A stretch of 53,478 nucleotides of DNA, taken from the NCBI GenBank assembly GCA_944363855.1, contig CALVVM010000056.1:1-53478 (forward strand), in the 5' to 3' direction. This document shows, piece by piece, positions 9,595-20,028 of this stretch. The stretch's first letter is position 1. Every line of letters starts with the position of its first letter. The notes below the pieces were generated by a model, which did no database searches, was not told the origin of the DNA, and saw only the letters and a program-made list of their open reading frames with translations. Source of the stretch: an uncultured Bacilli bacterium (lineage in GTDB: Bacteria > Bacillota_I > Bacilli_A > RF39 > UBA660). The translations under genes were made by a program, and so were the position numbers.

Positions 9595-10380
9595 TTATTT
9601 TGTTAATAAGAAGAAACCTACACCTGCAGCAATAAGTACAATAAGGATTATTAGTAATACTATTATAAACTTATTACTCTTTTTTATTTTATGATTCATA
9701 TTTTTTAATTCTTCAAAATCACTTTGAGTGAATCCAAAACTAGATGTATAAAATGACTTATCTATCTCTACATTAGTATCTTCTATTCTTTTTTCTTTTT
9801 CTTCTTCTATTATTTTCTTTATTGATGCAGCATCTCCAACTATTGTATCTGATTTTAAATCATCGAGTAGACCTACATCACCTTCTACATTTGATAAATC
9901 AGTCAACGCTTTAGTACTAGCAATCGTATTAAGAAGTTCTTTTAATTCTTGTTCTTCTTCTTCGATTTCTACTTTTTTAGGCTTTTCTTTTACATTTAAA
10001 CTTTTTAATATTTCTATTTGTTCTTCTTTAAGACTTCTACTTCTTTGTTCTTCTATAGGTTCATCTTTTATTTTAGATAATAAATCTTTTATATCATAAT
10101 TTTTTGTTATTTCTTGTACTTCTTCTATCTTTTCTAATTCTTCTACTTCTTCTTTAAGAATATCTCTTAGTTGTCTTTTCTTTTTGTAGTTTTCTCTATT
10201 TTTAATCATTTCTTGTACTTTTGAGATATCTATTTCATTTGTCTTTTCAATAGTTGCGACACCTTCTATATTTGTATAATTATCTAAATCTTTGATTTGT
10301 TCATACAAACTTTTATTTTTAGAACTACGGCCTGATGAAACAAGTTCACTTTTATAATAACGATCCATTCTACTAGCCAT
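9595..10380 (-). CDS. Hypothetical tail-anchored protein, Glu/Lys-rich
   Basis: 261 aa, highly charged (EEVEELEKIEEVQE...), with a single C-terminal TM segment FIIVLLIILIVLIAAGVGFFLL. Confidence 0.5.
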   Translation of the reverse strand: MASRMDRYYKSELVSSGRSSKNKSLYEQIKDLDNYTNIEGVATIEKTNEIDISKVQEMIKNRENYKKKRQLRDILKEEVEELEKIEEVQEITKNYDIKDLLSKIKDEPIEEQRSRSLKEEQIEILKSLNVKEKPKKVEIEEEEQELKELLNTIASTKALTDLSNVEGDVGLLDDLKSDTIVGDAASIKKIIEEEKEKRIEDTNVEIDKSFYTSSFGFTQSDFEELKNMNHKIKKSNKFIIVLLIILIVLIAAGVGFFLLTK

Positions 10381-10480
10381 ATTATCACCCTACCAATAAT
10401 ATATCATACTTTTTAAAATATTTAAATATTTTACTTGCTTTTTTCATATAATTTATTTATAATTTAAAAAGGAGGCACTT

Positions 10481-10672
10481 ATGAAGTTAAAAGTTAACAA
10501 AGATTTATGTATAGCTTGTGGAGCTTGTCAAGCAGCTGCTTATGAAGTTTTTGAAATAGAGGACGATGGATTAGCAGGAGTTAGAGTTGAAGAAGTTCCA
10601 GAAGAATTAGTAGAAGATGCATTGGATGCTTTAGAAGGTTGTCCTACAGATGCTATTGAAGAAGTTAAATAA
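10481..10672 (+). CDS. Small [4Fe-4S]/[3Fe-4S] ferredoxin
   Basis: 63 aa; CIACGACQ...CPTDAIE cluster ligands; strong AGGAGG RBS. Confidence 0.85.
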   Translation: MKLKVNKDLCIACGACQAAAYEVFEIEDDGLAGVRVEEVPEELVEDALDALEGCPTDAIEEVK

Positions 10673-10685
10673 AAATAATCAAGGT

Positions 10686-11411
10686 TTATTCTTGATTATT
10701 TTTTTCTCCATAAAGTTTTTTTACTTCTTTTATACTTAATTGTCTATATTCTCCAGAAGGAACCCCATCAAGTGTTAAAAAAGCTATACTTTCTCTTTTT
10801 AATTTTAATACATCATAACCAATTGCTTTAAACATATTTTTAACTTGATGATTTTTTCCTTCATGTATTATTAATTCAACTACACTACTATTAGTTTTTT
10901 TATCTATTTTAAGTATTTTAGCTTTTGCTTTACTAGTTTTTTTACCATCTATATAAACACCATTGCAAAGTCTTCTTATCTCATCTTTAGTTATTAACCC
11001 CTTTATTTTAGCAACATATACTTTTTCTATGTTGTTTTTTGGGTGAGTTAGAAAGTTTGTTAATTCACCATCATTTGTAAGTATTATAAGACCAGTTGTA
11101 TCATAATCAAGTCTTCCTACTGGATATATTCTTTTACTAGTTTTAATTAAATCTACTACTGTTTTTCTTCCTTTTTCATCTTTAGCAGTTGTAACAACTC
11201 CCCTAGGTTTATTAAGTAAATAATATACTTTATCTTCCATTTGTTCTATTGGATTACCTTCTACTTCTATATAATCCATAGATTCTACTTTTGTACCCAT
11301 TTCTCTTACTATTTTACCGTTTACTTTTACTTTACCTAAACTAATTAGTTCTTCTGCTTTTCTTCTTGAACAATATCCGGATAAAGCAATAACTTTTTGT
11401 AATCGTTCCAT
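10686..11411 (-). CDS. rluB: 23S rRNA pseudouridine synthase RluB (RsuA family)
   Basis: S4 domain MERLQKVIALSGYCSRRKAEELI..GKVKVNG and catalytic GRLDYDTTGL; start placed at the ATG of MERLQK. Confidence 0.88.
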   Translation of the reverse strand: MERLQKVIALSGYCSRRKAEELISLGKVKVNGKIVREMGTKVESMDYIEVEGNPIEQMEDKVYYLLNKPRGVVTTAKDEKGRKTVVDLIKTSKRIYPVGRLDYDTTGLIILTNDGELTNFLTHPKNNIEKVYVAKIKGLITKDEIRRLCNGVYIDGKKTSKAKAKILKIDKKTNSSVVELIIHEGKNHQVKNMFKAIGYDVLKLKRESIAFLTLDGVPSGEYRQLSIKEVKKLYGEKNNQE

Positions 11412-11460
11412 CAAAATCACCAAAGATATTATACCTTATTTATCTTTTTTTAGCAATCAC

Positions 11461-11910
11461 TTATCCCCAAAACATTTTTACAACTATTATACTAGCAACT
11501 ATACCGCATAAATCAGCAAATAAAGCAGCAAACATACTGTGCCTAATCTTTTTTATTCCAATACTTCCAAAATATAAACTTATTACATAAAATGTCGTGT
11601 CAGTACAGCCTTGCATTACAGAACCTAACAATCCTAAAAAACTATCTGGATCACTTTTAGCAAATATACTATTTAAATAAGCTAATGATGCACTTCCAGA
11701 TATTGGACGGATGAGAGCTAAAGGAAATATCTCACTTGGTATTTTAAATATATCTAAAATAGGTTTAATTAAGGATAAAATAAAATCTAAAACACCACTA
11801 TTTATAAATAAATTAACTGCAAGTATCATCGCAATAAAAGTAGGAAAAAGATTTGTTATCATAGAAAAACTTTCTTTTACTCCATCTATGAATGAATCGT
11901 AAACATCCAC
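11461..11910 (-). CDS. spmB: Spore maturation protein B
   Basis: Nucleoside-transporter/FeoB-like membrane domain; third gene after dacB-spmA, as in B. subtilis. Confidence 0.75.
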   Translation of the reverse strand: MDVYDSFIDGVKESFSMITNLFPTFIAMILAVNLFINSGVLDFILSLIKPILDIFKIPSEIFPLALIRPISGSASLAYLNSIFAKSDPDSFLGLLGSVMQGCTDTTFYVISLYFGSIGIKKIRHSMFAALFADLCGIVASIIVVKMFWG

Positions 11911-11977
11911 TTTTTTAAAGAATCCATATAGTATTATAAAAAGTACAACTATAGGTATTATTAAATTAGATATAAAA

Positions 11978-12559
11978 TTAATCTTTATACCTCCTAGCTA
12001 AAAATCTATCCATAAGTATTCCGCCTAATGTAGCAAACATCGTACTTATTATACAAGCAAGAACTATTTTAGTAGGCTCACTACTTCCATACATCATTCT
12101 AAGTGAAATTATAGTTGTAGGAATAAGTGTAAGTCCACTTGTATTTATTACTAAGAATGTTATCATTGAACGGCTTGCTACTTTTTTATTTTTATTTAAT
12201 TTTTGAAGTGAAGACATTGCTTTTAATCCAAATGGAGTTGCCGCACTACCAAGACCAAATATATTTGCGATTATATTACTTGCGATTAAACTAAGTGACT
12301 CATGTCCCTTTGGTATTTCTGGAAAGAACTTAGTAAGTAATGGAGATAGTTTATTTGATAATTTTTTTAATAATCCTGAAACTTCTGCTATTTTAGTTAT
12401 TCCCATCCAAAGAGCAAGTACAGGAAATATTTTAAATAACATTTCTAAACTTACTTTAGTACTATCAACTATAGTTGTGTTTATAGTTTCTAAATTATTA
12501 TTTAATACTCCATAAACAATTCCTAAAATTATTAAAACTATCCATATTATATTTACCAT
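11978..12559 (-). CDS. spmA: Spore maturation protein A
   Basis: MVNIIWIVLIILGIVYG N-terminus and membrane profile; the ATG overlaps the dacB stop (ATGGTAA). Confidence 0.78.
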   Translation of the reverse strand: MVNIIWIVLIILGIVYGVLNNNLETINTTIVDSTKVSLEMLFKIFPVLALWMGITKIAEVSGLLKKLSNKLSPLLTKFFPEIPKGHESLSLIASNIIANIFGLGSAATPFGLKAMSSLQKLNKNKKVASRSMITFLVINTSGLTLIPTTIISLRMMYGSSEPTKIVLACIISTMFATLGGILMDRFLARRYKD

Positions 12560-13632
12560 AGGTTTACAAACCAATCTTTGATTTTTTGAAAAAATGACTT
12601 TTTATTATTATTTACTATTTTAACAAAGATTTCTTCTTCATGAATCTTCTTATCACCTAAATATATTTTTAATACACCTATTTTATCACCGTTATTTATA
12701 TTTCTATTCTTTTCAAGTTCATATTTAAATATTAAATTATCTTTTTCATTAGCACCCAACAAATAACTAAAATCATTTTTAACATATAATTCATAATCTT
12801 CATAATAATCGTCATTATAAATAGTAATATTTCCTTTTTCTAATATTTTTAAATTACTATAATTACTAAATCCATATTCAAATAGATTTTGATGATCTTG
12901 CCAATCATTTCCATCATTTAATGTTACTACTACAAGATTAGTATTATCTTTACTAGCTGTTGATACCAAAGTTCTTTTAGCTATCTCAGTAAATCCTGTT
13001 TTACCACCTGTTGTATACTTATAAATAGAAAGCAGTTTATTTTTATTTATCCAACTATATGTATTCATATTAGTAGTAAGTGTATATTTCTTTGTTCCTG
13101 TTATCTTTTTATATTCTTCATTTTTCATAGCATAACTTGTTAGAAGTGCCATATCATAAGCAGTTGAATAATTACCTTTTTCTTGATCTAATCCACTAGG
13201 ATTGTTGAATGTTGTATTTTTCATACCTATTGCACTCGCTTTTTCATTCATCATTTTTACAAATTCTTCTACAGTACCACCTACATATTTAGCAATAGCA
13301 AGTGCGGCATCATTACCACTTCTAAGCATAAGTCCATAAACTAAATCTCTTAAAGTGAGTTTTTCTCCAACTTTTATATATATACCTGAACCATATGACT
13401 TTTCTATTTCTTCTCCTACTACAACCACTTCATCTAATTTACTAGATTCTATAGCAAGTAGCGCAGTCATTATTTTAGATATACTAGCAACACTTCTAAC
13501 TTCATTTATATTTTCTTCATAAAGAATACGATTACTATCTATATCCATAAGTATTGCACTTCTAGCACTTGTATCTATAGCACCTACTCCTATTGGAATT
13601 AATAAACTTAAAAATAACAATATTTTTTTCAT
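12553..13632 (-). CDS. dacB: Sporulation-type D-alanyl-D-alanine carboxypeptidase
   Basis: Signal peptide; SxxK (SISK), SGN (RSGNDAA) and KTG (GGKTGFT) motifs; the dacB-spmA-spmB order is conserved. Confidence 0.88.
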   Translation of the reverse strand: MKKILLFLSLLIPIGVGAIDTSARSAILMDIDSNRILYEENINEVRSVASISKIMTALLAIESSKLDEVVVVGEEIEKSYGSGIYIKVGEKLTLRDLVYGLMLRSGNDAALAIAKYVGGTVEEFVKMMNEKASAIGMKNTTFNNPSGLDQEKGNYSTAYDMALLTSYAMKNEEYKKITGTKKYTLTTNMNTYSWINKNKLLSIYKYTTGGKTGFTEIAKRTLVSTASKDNTNLVVVTLNDGNDWQDHQNLFEYGFSNYSNLKILEKGNITIYNDDYYEDYELYVKNDFSYLLGANEKDNLIFKYELEKNRNINNGDKIGVLKIYLGDKKIHEEEIFVKIVNNNKKSFFQKIKDWFVNLW

Positions 13633-13660
13633 ACTTTCACCAATTAATTATATGTACAAC

Positions 13661-14320
13661 CTATTTAAAATATTTTATTATTCCTTTTTTTATAGATTCA
13701 ACTATTTTATATTGATAATCTGATTTTTGAAGTAAATATCTATCATTAGGATTAGATAAGAATCCTGCTTCTACAAGTATTCCTGGTATAGTTATTTTTC
13801 TATTCATAAGCATTGTACTTATCTCTTTAACTTTCCTAGTTGTTTTTAAATCGTTTTTTAATTGTTCTTGCATTAGTTGAGCAAACTCATAATTATTCTT
13901 ATTTACATCATCATAAAATACTTGAGCACCACTCCAAGTAGATGAACTAATTGAGTTTAAATGTATAGAAATATACAAATCAGCACCTGATGCATTTATT
14001 ATTTTAGCTCTATTATTTAAATCACTTTTCTTTCTACTTCCAGTATAACTTTTACTTAAATCATAATCTCCATATCTAGTTAAATATACTATAGCGCCTT
14101 CATCTTCTAATATAGTCTCTAACTTTTTACATATCTCTAAGTTTATATCTTTTTCATATATATTTTTGTAAATACTACCTGGATCAGGGCCACCATGTCC
14201 TGGATCTATATAGATTACTTTACCTATTAATTCTAAATTACTTTTCTTTATATCTGCACTTACAAACAAAAATGTACATATTAAAATTATAAGTAAAAAT
14301 ATTGAATAAGTTTTTTTCAC
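13661..14320 (-). CDS. cwlD: Germination-specific N-acetylmuramoyl-L-alanine amidase CwlD
   Basis: N-terminal TM, IDPGHGGPDPG and EAGFLSNP amidase_3 motifs, 219 aa. Confidence 0.85.
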   Translation of the reverse strand: MKKTYSIFLLIILICTFLFVSADIKKSNLELIGKVIYIDPGHGGPDPGSIYKNIYEKDINLEICKKLETILEDEGAIVYLTRYGDYDLSKSYTGSRKKSDLNNRAKIINASGADLYISIHLNSISSSTWSGAQVFYDDVNKNNYEFAQLMQEQLKNDLKTTRKVKEISTMLMNRKITIPGILVEAGFLSNPNDRYLLQKSDYQYKIVESIKKGIIKYFK

Positions 14321-14364
14321 ATAATCACCAATAAAGTATATGAAAAAAAGATAGGTAATAATTC

Positions 14365-15003
14365 CTATCTTGATTTTGATCTTTCTTCTTCTAACTGTTC
14401 TTTTAATTGTTGTTCTATTAAGTATTGTTCATACTCTTTTTTTGCAGCTTCATCGCCTTTTTCAGCTCTTATTCGCAAATCTTCATAATATTCGATTTCT
14501 GTTTGAGCTTTTTCTTCCTCTGTGGGAATATAAGGAGCAGAATAAGAAGATTGGTAATATCTTTGTTGATCATATTGATAATCTTTTTCTAAAAGTTCAC
14601 CTAATCCTTTTACCATTGTTGGGCCTGATACTGTAAGTATAGTTGCAGTTATAGCTATCCCTGCAATAAATCTATTAACATTTACTTTCTTTATTAAATT
14701 AGAAACACCTGTAATATCTTTTATAGCTTCTAAAGTAGGTCTATGTAGATATCTTTCCCTATTTCTAACTTTTACAACAAAGTAATGGCTTAATTCATTT
14801 TCATCATTATATACTTTAAATTTATAACTTGTGTATCCTTTTTCTTGTTTTGGAGTACAAGCTTTTATTTTGTTTGACTTTACACCTTTCATTAGAAATG
14901 CAACTAATGTTTCTGGATTTGTATATCCATCTTTACCTTTAACTGTTACTATAGGTTCATTATTTCTTATTTCTAAAAAAGCTTCTATGGTTTCTTTTTT
15001 CAT
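14365..15003 (-). CDS. Hypothetical membrane protein
   Basis: ATG of MKKETIEAF is preceded by GGGTGA; one central TM (FIAGIAITATILTV); charged Tyr/Gln/Glu-rich C-terminus; the track's extended N-terminus lacks an RBS. Confidence 0.5.
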   Translation of the reverse strand: MKKETIEAFLEIRNNEPIVTVKGKDGYTNPETLVAFLMKGVKSNKIKACTPKQEKGYTSYKFKVYNDENELSHYFVVKVRNRERYLHRPTLEAIKDITGVSNLIKKVNVNRFIAGIAITATILTVSGPTMVKGLGELLEKDYQYDQQRYYQSSYSAPYIPTEEEKAQTEIEYYEDLRIRAEKGDEAAKKEYEQYLIEQQLKEQLEEERSKSR

Positions 15004-15085
15004 ATAATCACCCACTATCAATTTACTATTTTGGAGGGCATAAGTCAATATGTTTAAATACAAAATAAAAAAAGTGTACAAATAT

Positions 15086-15739
15086 TTACACTTTAAACTT
15101 ATTCCAAGGTTTTCTATTAGGTAAATCTAATTCAAAAGTTAATTCTTCTTTTGTTATTGGATGATTAAAAGTAATTGAATTAGCAAATAAAGCTATTTGT
15201 TCTCCTACTTTAGAATTACTATTATATTTCTGATCTCCATATAGAGCATGTCCCCTTGATGAAAATTGTACTCTTATTTGATGAGATCTACCTGTCTTTA
15301 AATTTATTTTTACTAAAGATAAATTATCTTTATAATCAATCAATTCATAATCTAAAATTGAATCTTTACCATTCTTATCTACTCTTACAATATTATTTTT
15401 TGTATCTTTAAGTAATTTATCGACTAAAGTAGCTTTTTCCTCTACTTTACCTTCTACTATAGCAAAGTATGTTTTTTTGAATGTTCTATTTCTTACTTGT
15501 TCACTGAGTCTTGATGCACATTTACTTGTTTTAGCAAACACCATTATACCGCCTACAGGCCTATCTAAACGGTGTATAAGACCTAAAAATACATTGCCAG
15601 GCTTATTATCTCTTTTCTTTATAAAATCCTTTAAAAGAGTTAAAAAATCTAAATCTTTACTACTATCTTCTTGTACTGGTATATTTATAGGTTTCTCAAC
15701 AACTAATAAATGATTATCTTCATAAATTATATTAATCAT
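15086..15739 (-). CDS. RluA-family pseudouridine synthase (no S4 domain)
   Basis: HRLDRPVGG catalytic motif and GRSHQIRVQ motif. Confidence 0.85.
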   Translation of the reverse strand: MINIIYEDNHLLVVEKPINIPVQEDSSKDLDFLTLLKDFIKKRDNKPGNVFLGLIHRLDRPVGGIMVFAKTSKCASRLSEQVRNRTFKKTYFAIVEGKVEEKATLVDKLLKDTKNNIVRVDKNGKDSILDYELIDYKDNLSLVKINLKTGRSHQIRVQFSSRGHALYGDQKYNSNSKVGEQIALFANSITFNHPITKEELTFELDLPNRKPWNKFKV

Positions 15740-16607
15740 TTCCTATATACCTTCCATATATACCACAAGGAAGTACTATATTATCCCTAGTTATTGGAAG
15801 ACCTACTTCTCCAGCATCTACCTTACCATTTGGATATAAAGGCAATAATGTAGTTTTAAGTATGTTTTCTAATACTGTCGCACTTATTCCTGTCGTATAA
15901 GAATTAATTAAGAAGAATAATGGTTTATCACTTAATATTTTTATACAAGCATCTATTAAAGAATAAATACTATCTTCAAATTTCCATACTTCTTTATTAG
16001 GACCTCTACCATAACTAGGAGGATCCATAACTATAGCATCATATTTATTTCCTCTTCTATATTCTCTTTCTACAAACTTCAAGCAATCATCTACTATGAA
16101 TCTTATACTATTATTCTCAAGTCCACATAGTTTCATATTTTCTTTAGCCCATTCTGTCATACCTTTTGAAGCATCAACTTGTACAACATCAGCACCTGCT
16201 TTAGAACAAGCCATAGTAGCAGCACCTGTATAAGAGAATAAGTTAAGTACTTTAATTTTTCTATTACTATTTTTTATTTTATCCATCATAAAGTCCCAAT
16301 TCGTAGCTTGTTCTGGAAAAAGACCTGTGTGTTTAAAATTAGTAGGACTCACTTTAAAAGTTAAGTCTTTGTAACTTACAGTCCAAAATTCAGGTAGTTT
16401 AGAATAAAACTTCCATTCTCCACCACCCTTATTACTTCTAAAATAATGACCATCTACATTTTTCCAATTACTATTATATTCTACATTCCATATAGCTTGT
16501 GGATCAGGTCTTCTAAGGATTACATCTCCCCATCTTTCTAATTTTTCGCCATTTCCAGCATCTATACATTCATAGTCTTTCCACTCATTACTAATTCTTT
16601 GCATCAC
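15732..16607 (-). CDS. Class I SAM-dependent (rRNA-type) methyltransferase
   Basis: VLNLFSYTGA SAM-binding loop and MDPPSYGRG motif typical of RlmI/RlmK-like methyltransferases. Confidence 0.8.
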   Translation of the reverse strand: MMQRISNEWKDYECIDAGNGEKLERWGDVILRRPDPQAIWNVEYNSNWKNVDGHYFRSNKGGGEWKFYSKLPEFWTVSYKDLTFKVSPTNFKHTGLFPEQATNWDFMMDKIKNSNRKIKVLNLFSYTGAATMACSKAGADVVQVDASKGMTEWAKENMKLCGLENNSIRFIVDDCLKFVEREYRRGNKYDAIVMDPPSYGRGPNKEVWKFEDSIYSLIDACIKILSDKPLFFLINSYTTGISATVLENILKTTLLPLYPNGKVDAGEVGLPITRDNIVLPCGIYGRYIGND

Positions 16608-16612
16608 ATCAC

Positions 16613-17287
16613 CTATATTTCTATTTCATTATTTTCAAACTCTTTATTAATTAATCCTTCATGGATAAATTCTTCTTTTGTATTTAAGTAAATATCTTCT
16701 ATTCTATCTACTCTGCACTTTTCAGCTGTGATTATTGATTTTACTTTTTCTACTGCTTTATCTATTTTATCATTTACTACAACATAATTATATTTTGTAT
16801 ATTCATTTATCTCATTATAAGCAGTTTTAAATCTTTCTAGTATCTTATCTCTTGTTTCAGTATTTCTTTTTATAAGTCTATCTTTTAATTCTTCCATACT
16901 AGGTGGCATTATAAAAATAAATAAAGCTTCTTCTACTTTTTCTTTTACTTTTAAAGCGCCCTGTATATCTATTACAAGTATTACGTTTTTTCCTTTATTT
17001 AAATCTTCTTCTAATTTAGCTTTAGGAGTACCATAATACTTATTACTATGAACAACTGCATATTCTAAAAACTCATCATTTTTTATTCTTTCTTCAAATT
17101 CTTCCTTAGTTATAAAGTAATAGTCTACTCCATCTACTTCTTTTCCTCTAGGATCTCTCGATGTCATAGATATAGATAGTTTAGTATCTTTCATATCTTG
17201 AATAACTTTATTTACTATTGTATCTTTACCTGCTCCACTAGGACCTGAAACTACTATAAGTAAACCTTTAGATTTTTCTCTAATCAC
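16613..17287 (-). CDS. gmk: Guanylate kinase
   Basis: GPSGAGKDT P-loop, SMTSRDPRGKEVDGVDYYF; about 30 aa of C-terminal extension. Confidence 0.9.
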   Translation of the reverse strand: MIREKSKGLLIVVSGPSGAGKDTIVNKVIQDMKDTKLSISMTSRDPRGKEVDGVDYYFITKEEFEERIKNDEFLEYAVVHSNKYYGTPKAKLEEDLNKGKNVILVIDIQGALKVKEKVEEALFIFIMPPSMEELKDRLIKRNTETRDKILERFKTAYNEINEYTKYNYVVVNDKIDKAVEKVKSIITAEKCRVDRIEDIYLNTKEEFIHEGLINKEFENNEIEI

Positions 17288-17319
17288 ATAATCACCTTTC
17301 TTTTATATAGTATATCACA

Positions 17320-18000
17320 TTATAAGATATTTTCACATATTAAATTGTCACATAAATATTTATACTTTTCATATTCACTTTGTTTTCTTATAGTCCAACC
17401 TAGTACTAATTTATTTATCTTAAAAGGTAATTGTTTTTTATACACACTTATAAAATCTATTTTCTTAATATACTTCTTTACTAACTTATAATTTAAATCA
17501 TTAAATACTATTAAACCTATTACATAATCTTTTCTATTCTTATAAAACCAATCTATAACAAAAGGGTTAGTACTTTGAATAGCAAACTCTCCTTTATAAT
17601 TATCTAAAATTTTTACTAATTCTTCTTCAAACTTACTTTTATTATCCACATCTTTTATTTCTATTAATATTGGAACTTTTCCGTCAACTATGTGCATAAC
17701 TTGTTTTAAAGTAGGAATTGTGTATTTTTTATCAATTTTTATTGAAGAAAGTTGTGCATAAGTTAGTGTTTCTATAACTTTATTAACTCCAGTAAGTTTT
17801 TTTAGGTTGTGATCGTGGTATACAACTATAGTATTATCGGAAAGTATGTGGATATCTAGTTCTATTATATAATTTTTATCCACACATTTAACAAATGCAG
17901 GAAGTGTATTTTCAGGTATTTGAGAATTATGAAATCCGCGATGTGCGATTACACTTCTTTTTAAAAAATCTATATTTTTCATAGTATAGTTTATGTACAT
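17320..18000 (-). CDS. Glycerophosphodiester phosphodiesterase family protein
   Basis: IAHRGF...ENTLPAF...ELDIH GDPD motifs; the true start may be the internal MKNIDF. Confidence 0.8.
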   Translation of the reverse strand: MYINYTMKNIDFLKRSVIAHRGFHNSQIPENTLPAFVKCVDKNYIIELDIHILSDNTIVVYHDHNLKKLTGVNKVIETLTYAQLSSIKIDKKYTIPTLKQVMHIVDGKVPILIEIKDVDNKSKFEEELVKILDNYKGEFAIQSTNPFVIDWFYKNRKDYVIGLIVFNDLNYKLVKKYIKKIDFISVYKKQLPFKINKLVLGWTIRKQSEYEKYKYLCDNLICENIL

Positions 18001-18027
18001 AAAAAAACTTTAGAAATATCTAAAGTC

Positions 18028-18918
18028 TTAATGATGGTGATGATGATGGATATTTTGATTATCTAAATCAACTTCACAACCTTTTTCTAAACATTCTTCT
18101 CCTATTTTTTCAAGTTCTATAGTTGTATGAGAAATGTTGTGCTCTTTTAATTCTTCTTTAACTAATTTTTTTATATTTTTATTTTTACCATCTTCTACAA
18201 TATGAATAGTAGCATAATTATTATATCCATCTAAACTCCATACATGAATATGATGTATATCTTTAATACCTTTAATATTTAATAGGTGTTCCTTTATTGA
18301 CTCAATGTTTATTCCTTTTGGAGTTTTTTCTAAAAATAAATCTATTATTATTTTTAAGTTTTTTAATGCATTTATAAATATAAATAGAGCAACTAATATT
18401 GATAATATAGGATCAATAATTTTTATATCTGTAAATCGCATTATTATAGCTCCTATTAAAACTACTATCCATCCAAGCACATCCTCAAGCATATGTAGAT
18501 TAACTGATCTTTGGTTTAAAGAATCTCCTGAATGAGTAAAATAAGCAGCTAAAAAGTTTACTAATGCCCCTATTACAGCAAATAAAATCATTCCATTATA
18601 ATTTATATCAACTGGATTCATAATTCTTTTTATAGAACCTATTACTACTAATATAGAACCTACAATAAGTATTGTAGTAGTTATTAAACTACCTATTACA
18701 GAATATCTAATATATCCATAAGTATATTTATTATCTGGTTTCTTTTTACTTTTCTTTTCTAAAAAATAAGATATACCTATACTTAAAGAATCTCCAATAT
18801 CATGAATTGAATCTGATATGATAGAGATGCTATTTGTTATTGTTCCACCTATAAACTCAAATATTGAAAATCCTAAGTTTAGAATAAAAGCTATTAAAAT
18901 ATTTTTATCTGTCTTCAT
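18028..18918 (-). CDS. Cation diffusion facilitator (CzcD/ZitB-like) metal efflux protein
   Basis: Six TM segments; HDIGDS and HMLEDVLGW metal-site motifs; native C-terminal HHHHHH tail. Confidence 0.88.
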   Translation of the reverse strand: MKTDKNILIAFILNLGFSIFEFIGGTITNSISIISDSIHDIGDSLSIGISYFLEKKSKKKPDNKYTYGYIRYSVIGSLITTTILIVGSILVVIGSIKRIMNPVDINYNGMILFAVIGALVNFLAAYFTHSGDSLNQRSVNLHMLEDVLGWIVVLIGAIIMRFTDIKIIDPILSILVALFIFINALKNLKIIIDLFLEKTPKGINIESIKEHLLNIKGIKDIHHIHVWSLDGYNNYATIHIVEDGKNKNIKKLVKEELKEHNISHTTIELEKIGEECLEKGCEVDLDNQNIHHHHHH

Positions 18919-18975
18919 TTTACCACCTATTATAATTATATCATATTTATTTAATTTTATTTTATGTAAAAGAAA

Positions 18976-18998
18976 AACATTGGAATAATTCCAATGTT
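18976..18998 (-). terminator. Rho-independent terminator after rpsI
   Basis: AACATTGGAA/TTCCAATGTT is a perfect 10-bp stem, followed on the minus strand by TTTTTCTTTT. Confidence 0.8.
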
Positions 18999-19014
18999 TG
19001 ATGAACTGTAATAA

Positions 19015-19425
19015 TTAACGTTTTGAGAATTGAGGTGCACGACGTGCTGCTTTTAATCCTGGTTTCTTTCTTTCTTTAGTTCTTGAATCACGAGTAACGA
19101 ATCCAGCTTTCTTTAAGATTGCTCTATAACTATCTTCGTTTCCTTCATTAGCTTTATCATATTCAAGTAAAGCTCTAGTAATTCCTAAACGGATTGCTCC
19201 AGTTTGTCCAGAAGCTCCACCACCAGAAACTTTAACTTCGATATCGAAAGTATTTTCATTATTTGTAGCTACTAAAGGTTGTTTTAAATCCATAACATAA
19301 GTTGCATATGGCATAAATTCGTTAACATCTACACCATTAACAGTTATATTTCCTTTTCCAGCAGTCATTTTAACTTGAGCTACTGAAGATTTTCTTCTAC
19401 CTGTTCCTATAAATACTTTTGCCAT
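19015..19425 (-). CDS. rpsI: 30S ribosomal protein S9
   Basis: [10 protein letters not shown]...GGG.SGQ.GAIRLGI.RAL...RDSR.KERKK.G...ARR..QFSKR. Confidence 0.97.
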   Translation of the reverse strand: MAKVFIGTGRRKSSVAQVKMTAGKGNITVNGVDVNEFMPYATYVMDLKQPLVATNNENTFDIEVKVSGGGASGQTGAIRLGITRALLEYDKANEGNEDSYRAILKKAGFVTRDSRTKERKKPGLKAARRAPQFSKR

Positions 19426-19437
19426 TTAAAACCCTCC

Positions 19438-19872
19438 TTATTTAATTTTCATTTCTACAGGCTTTTGAGCCATATGTGGGTGGCTAGCACCTTCATAAAC
19501 GAATAATTTTTTAGCTACTTGACGTCCTAATCTAGTATGAGGAATCATACCTTTAACAGCTCTCTCAATCATCTCAACTGGATAATTTTCTCTCATTTCT
19601 TTTGCAGTTCTTTCTCTTAATCCTCCAGTATAACCTGAATGGTTATAATAAATTTTATCATTTAATTTATTTCCTGTTAGATTAACTTTTGAAGCATTTA
19701 CAACTATTACGAAATCTCCACAGTCAATATGTGGTGTATAAGTTGGTTTATGCTTACCACGTAAAACATCTGCTACTCTAGTTGCTAAACGACCTAAATT
19801 AACTCCTTCAGCATCTATTACGTACCAATTACGTTCTACTGTTTCTTTTTTTTGCATATATGTATTTTTCAT
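19438..19872 (-). CDS. rplM: 50S ribosomal protein L13
   Basis: [21 protein letters not shown] matches the L13 N-terminus; AGGAG RBS lies upstream of this ATG. Confidence 0.96.
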   Translation of the reverse strand: MKNTYMQKKETVERNWYVIDAEGVNLGRLATRVADVLRGKHKPTYTPHIDCGDFVIVVNASKVNLTGNKLNDKIYYNHSGYTGGLRERTAKEMRENYPVEMIERAVKGMIPHTRLGRQVAKKLFVYEGASHPHMAQKPVEMKIK

Positions 19873-19952
19873 ATATATTTTCCTTTCTCCTTTACAAATA
19901 GTAAGTCTTCCCAAAACTCACTAAATGTGGGATATAAAATGTACCAACTAAA

Positions 19953-19981
19953 ATAATACTAAAAAAACTAAAAAAAGTCAA
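19953..19981 (-). promoter_or_regulatory. Sigma-A type promoter for rplM-rpsI
   Basis: Minus strand TTGACT - 17 nt - TATTAT, about 80 nt upstream of rplM and overlapping the hairpin downstream of trpS. Confidence 0.55.
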
Positions 19982-20028
19982 TAAAAATATATTATTTTAA
20001 TGACTTTTTATTACTATTTTGCACTATT

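Noticed and set aside
18028-18048. C-terminal HHHHHH on the CDF transporter, which could look like an engineered His-tag
   Set aside because: His-rich cytoplasmic tails are common in CDF metal transporters. Codons are mixed CAT/CAC, and there are no linker, vector or restriction-site scars. It is judged native.
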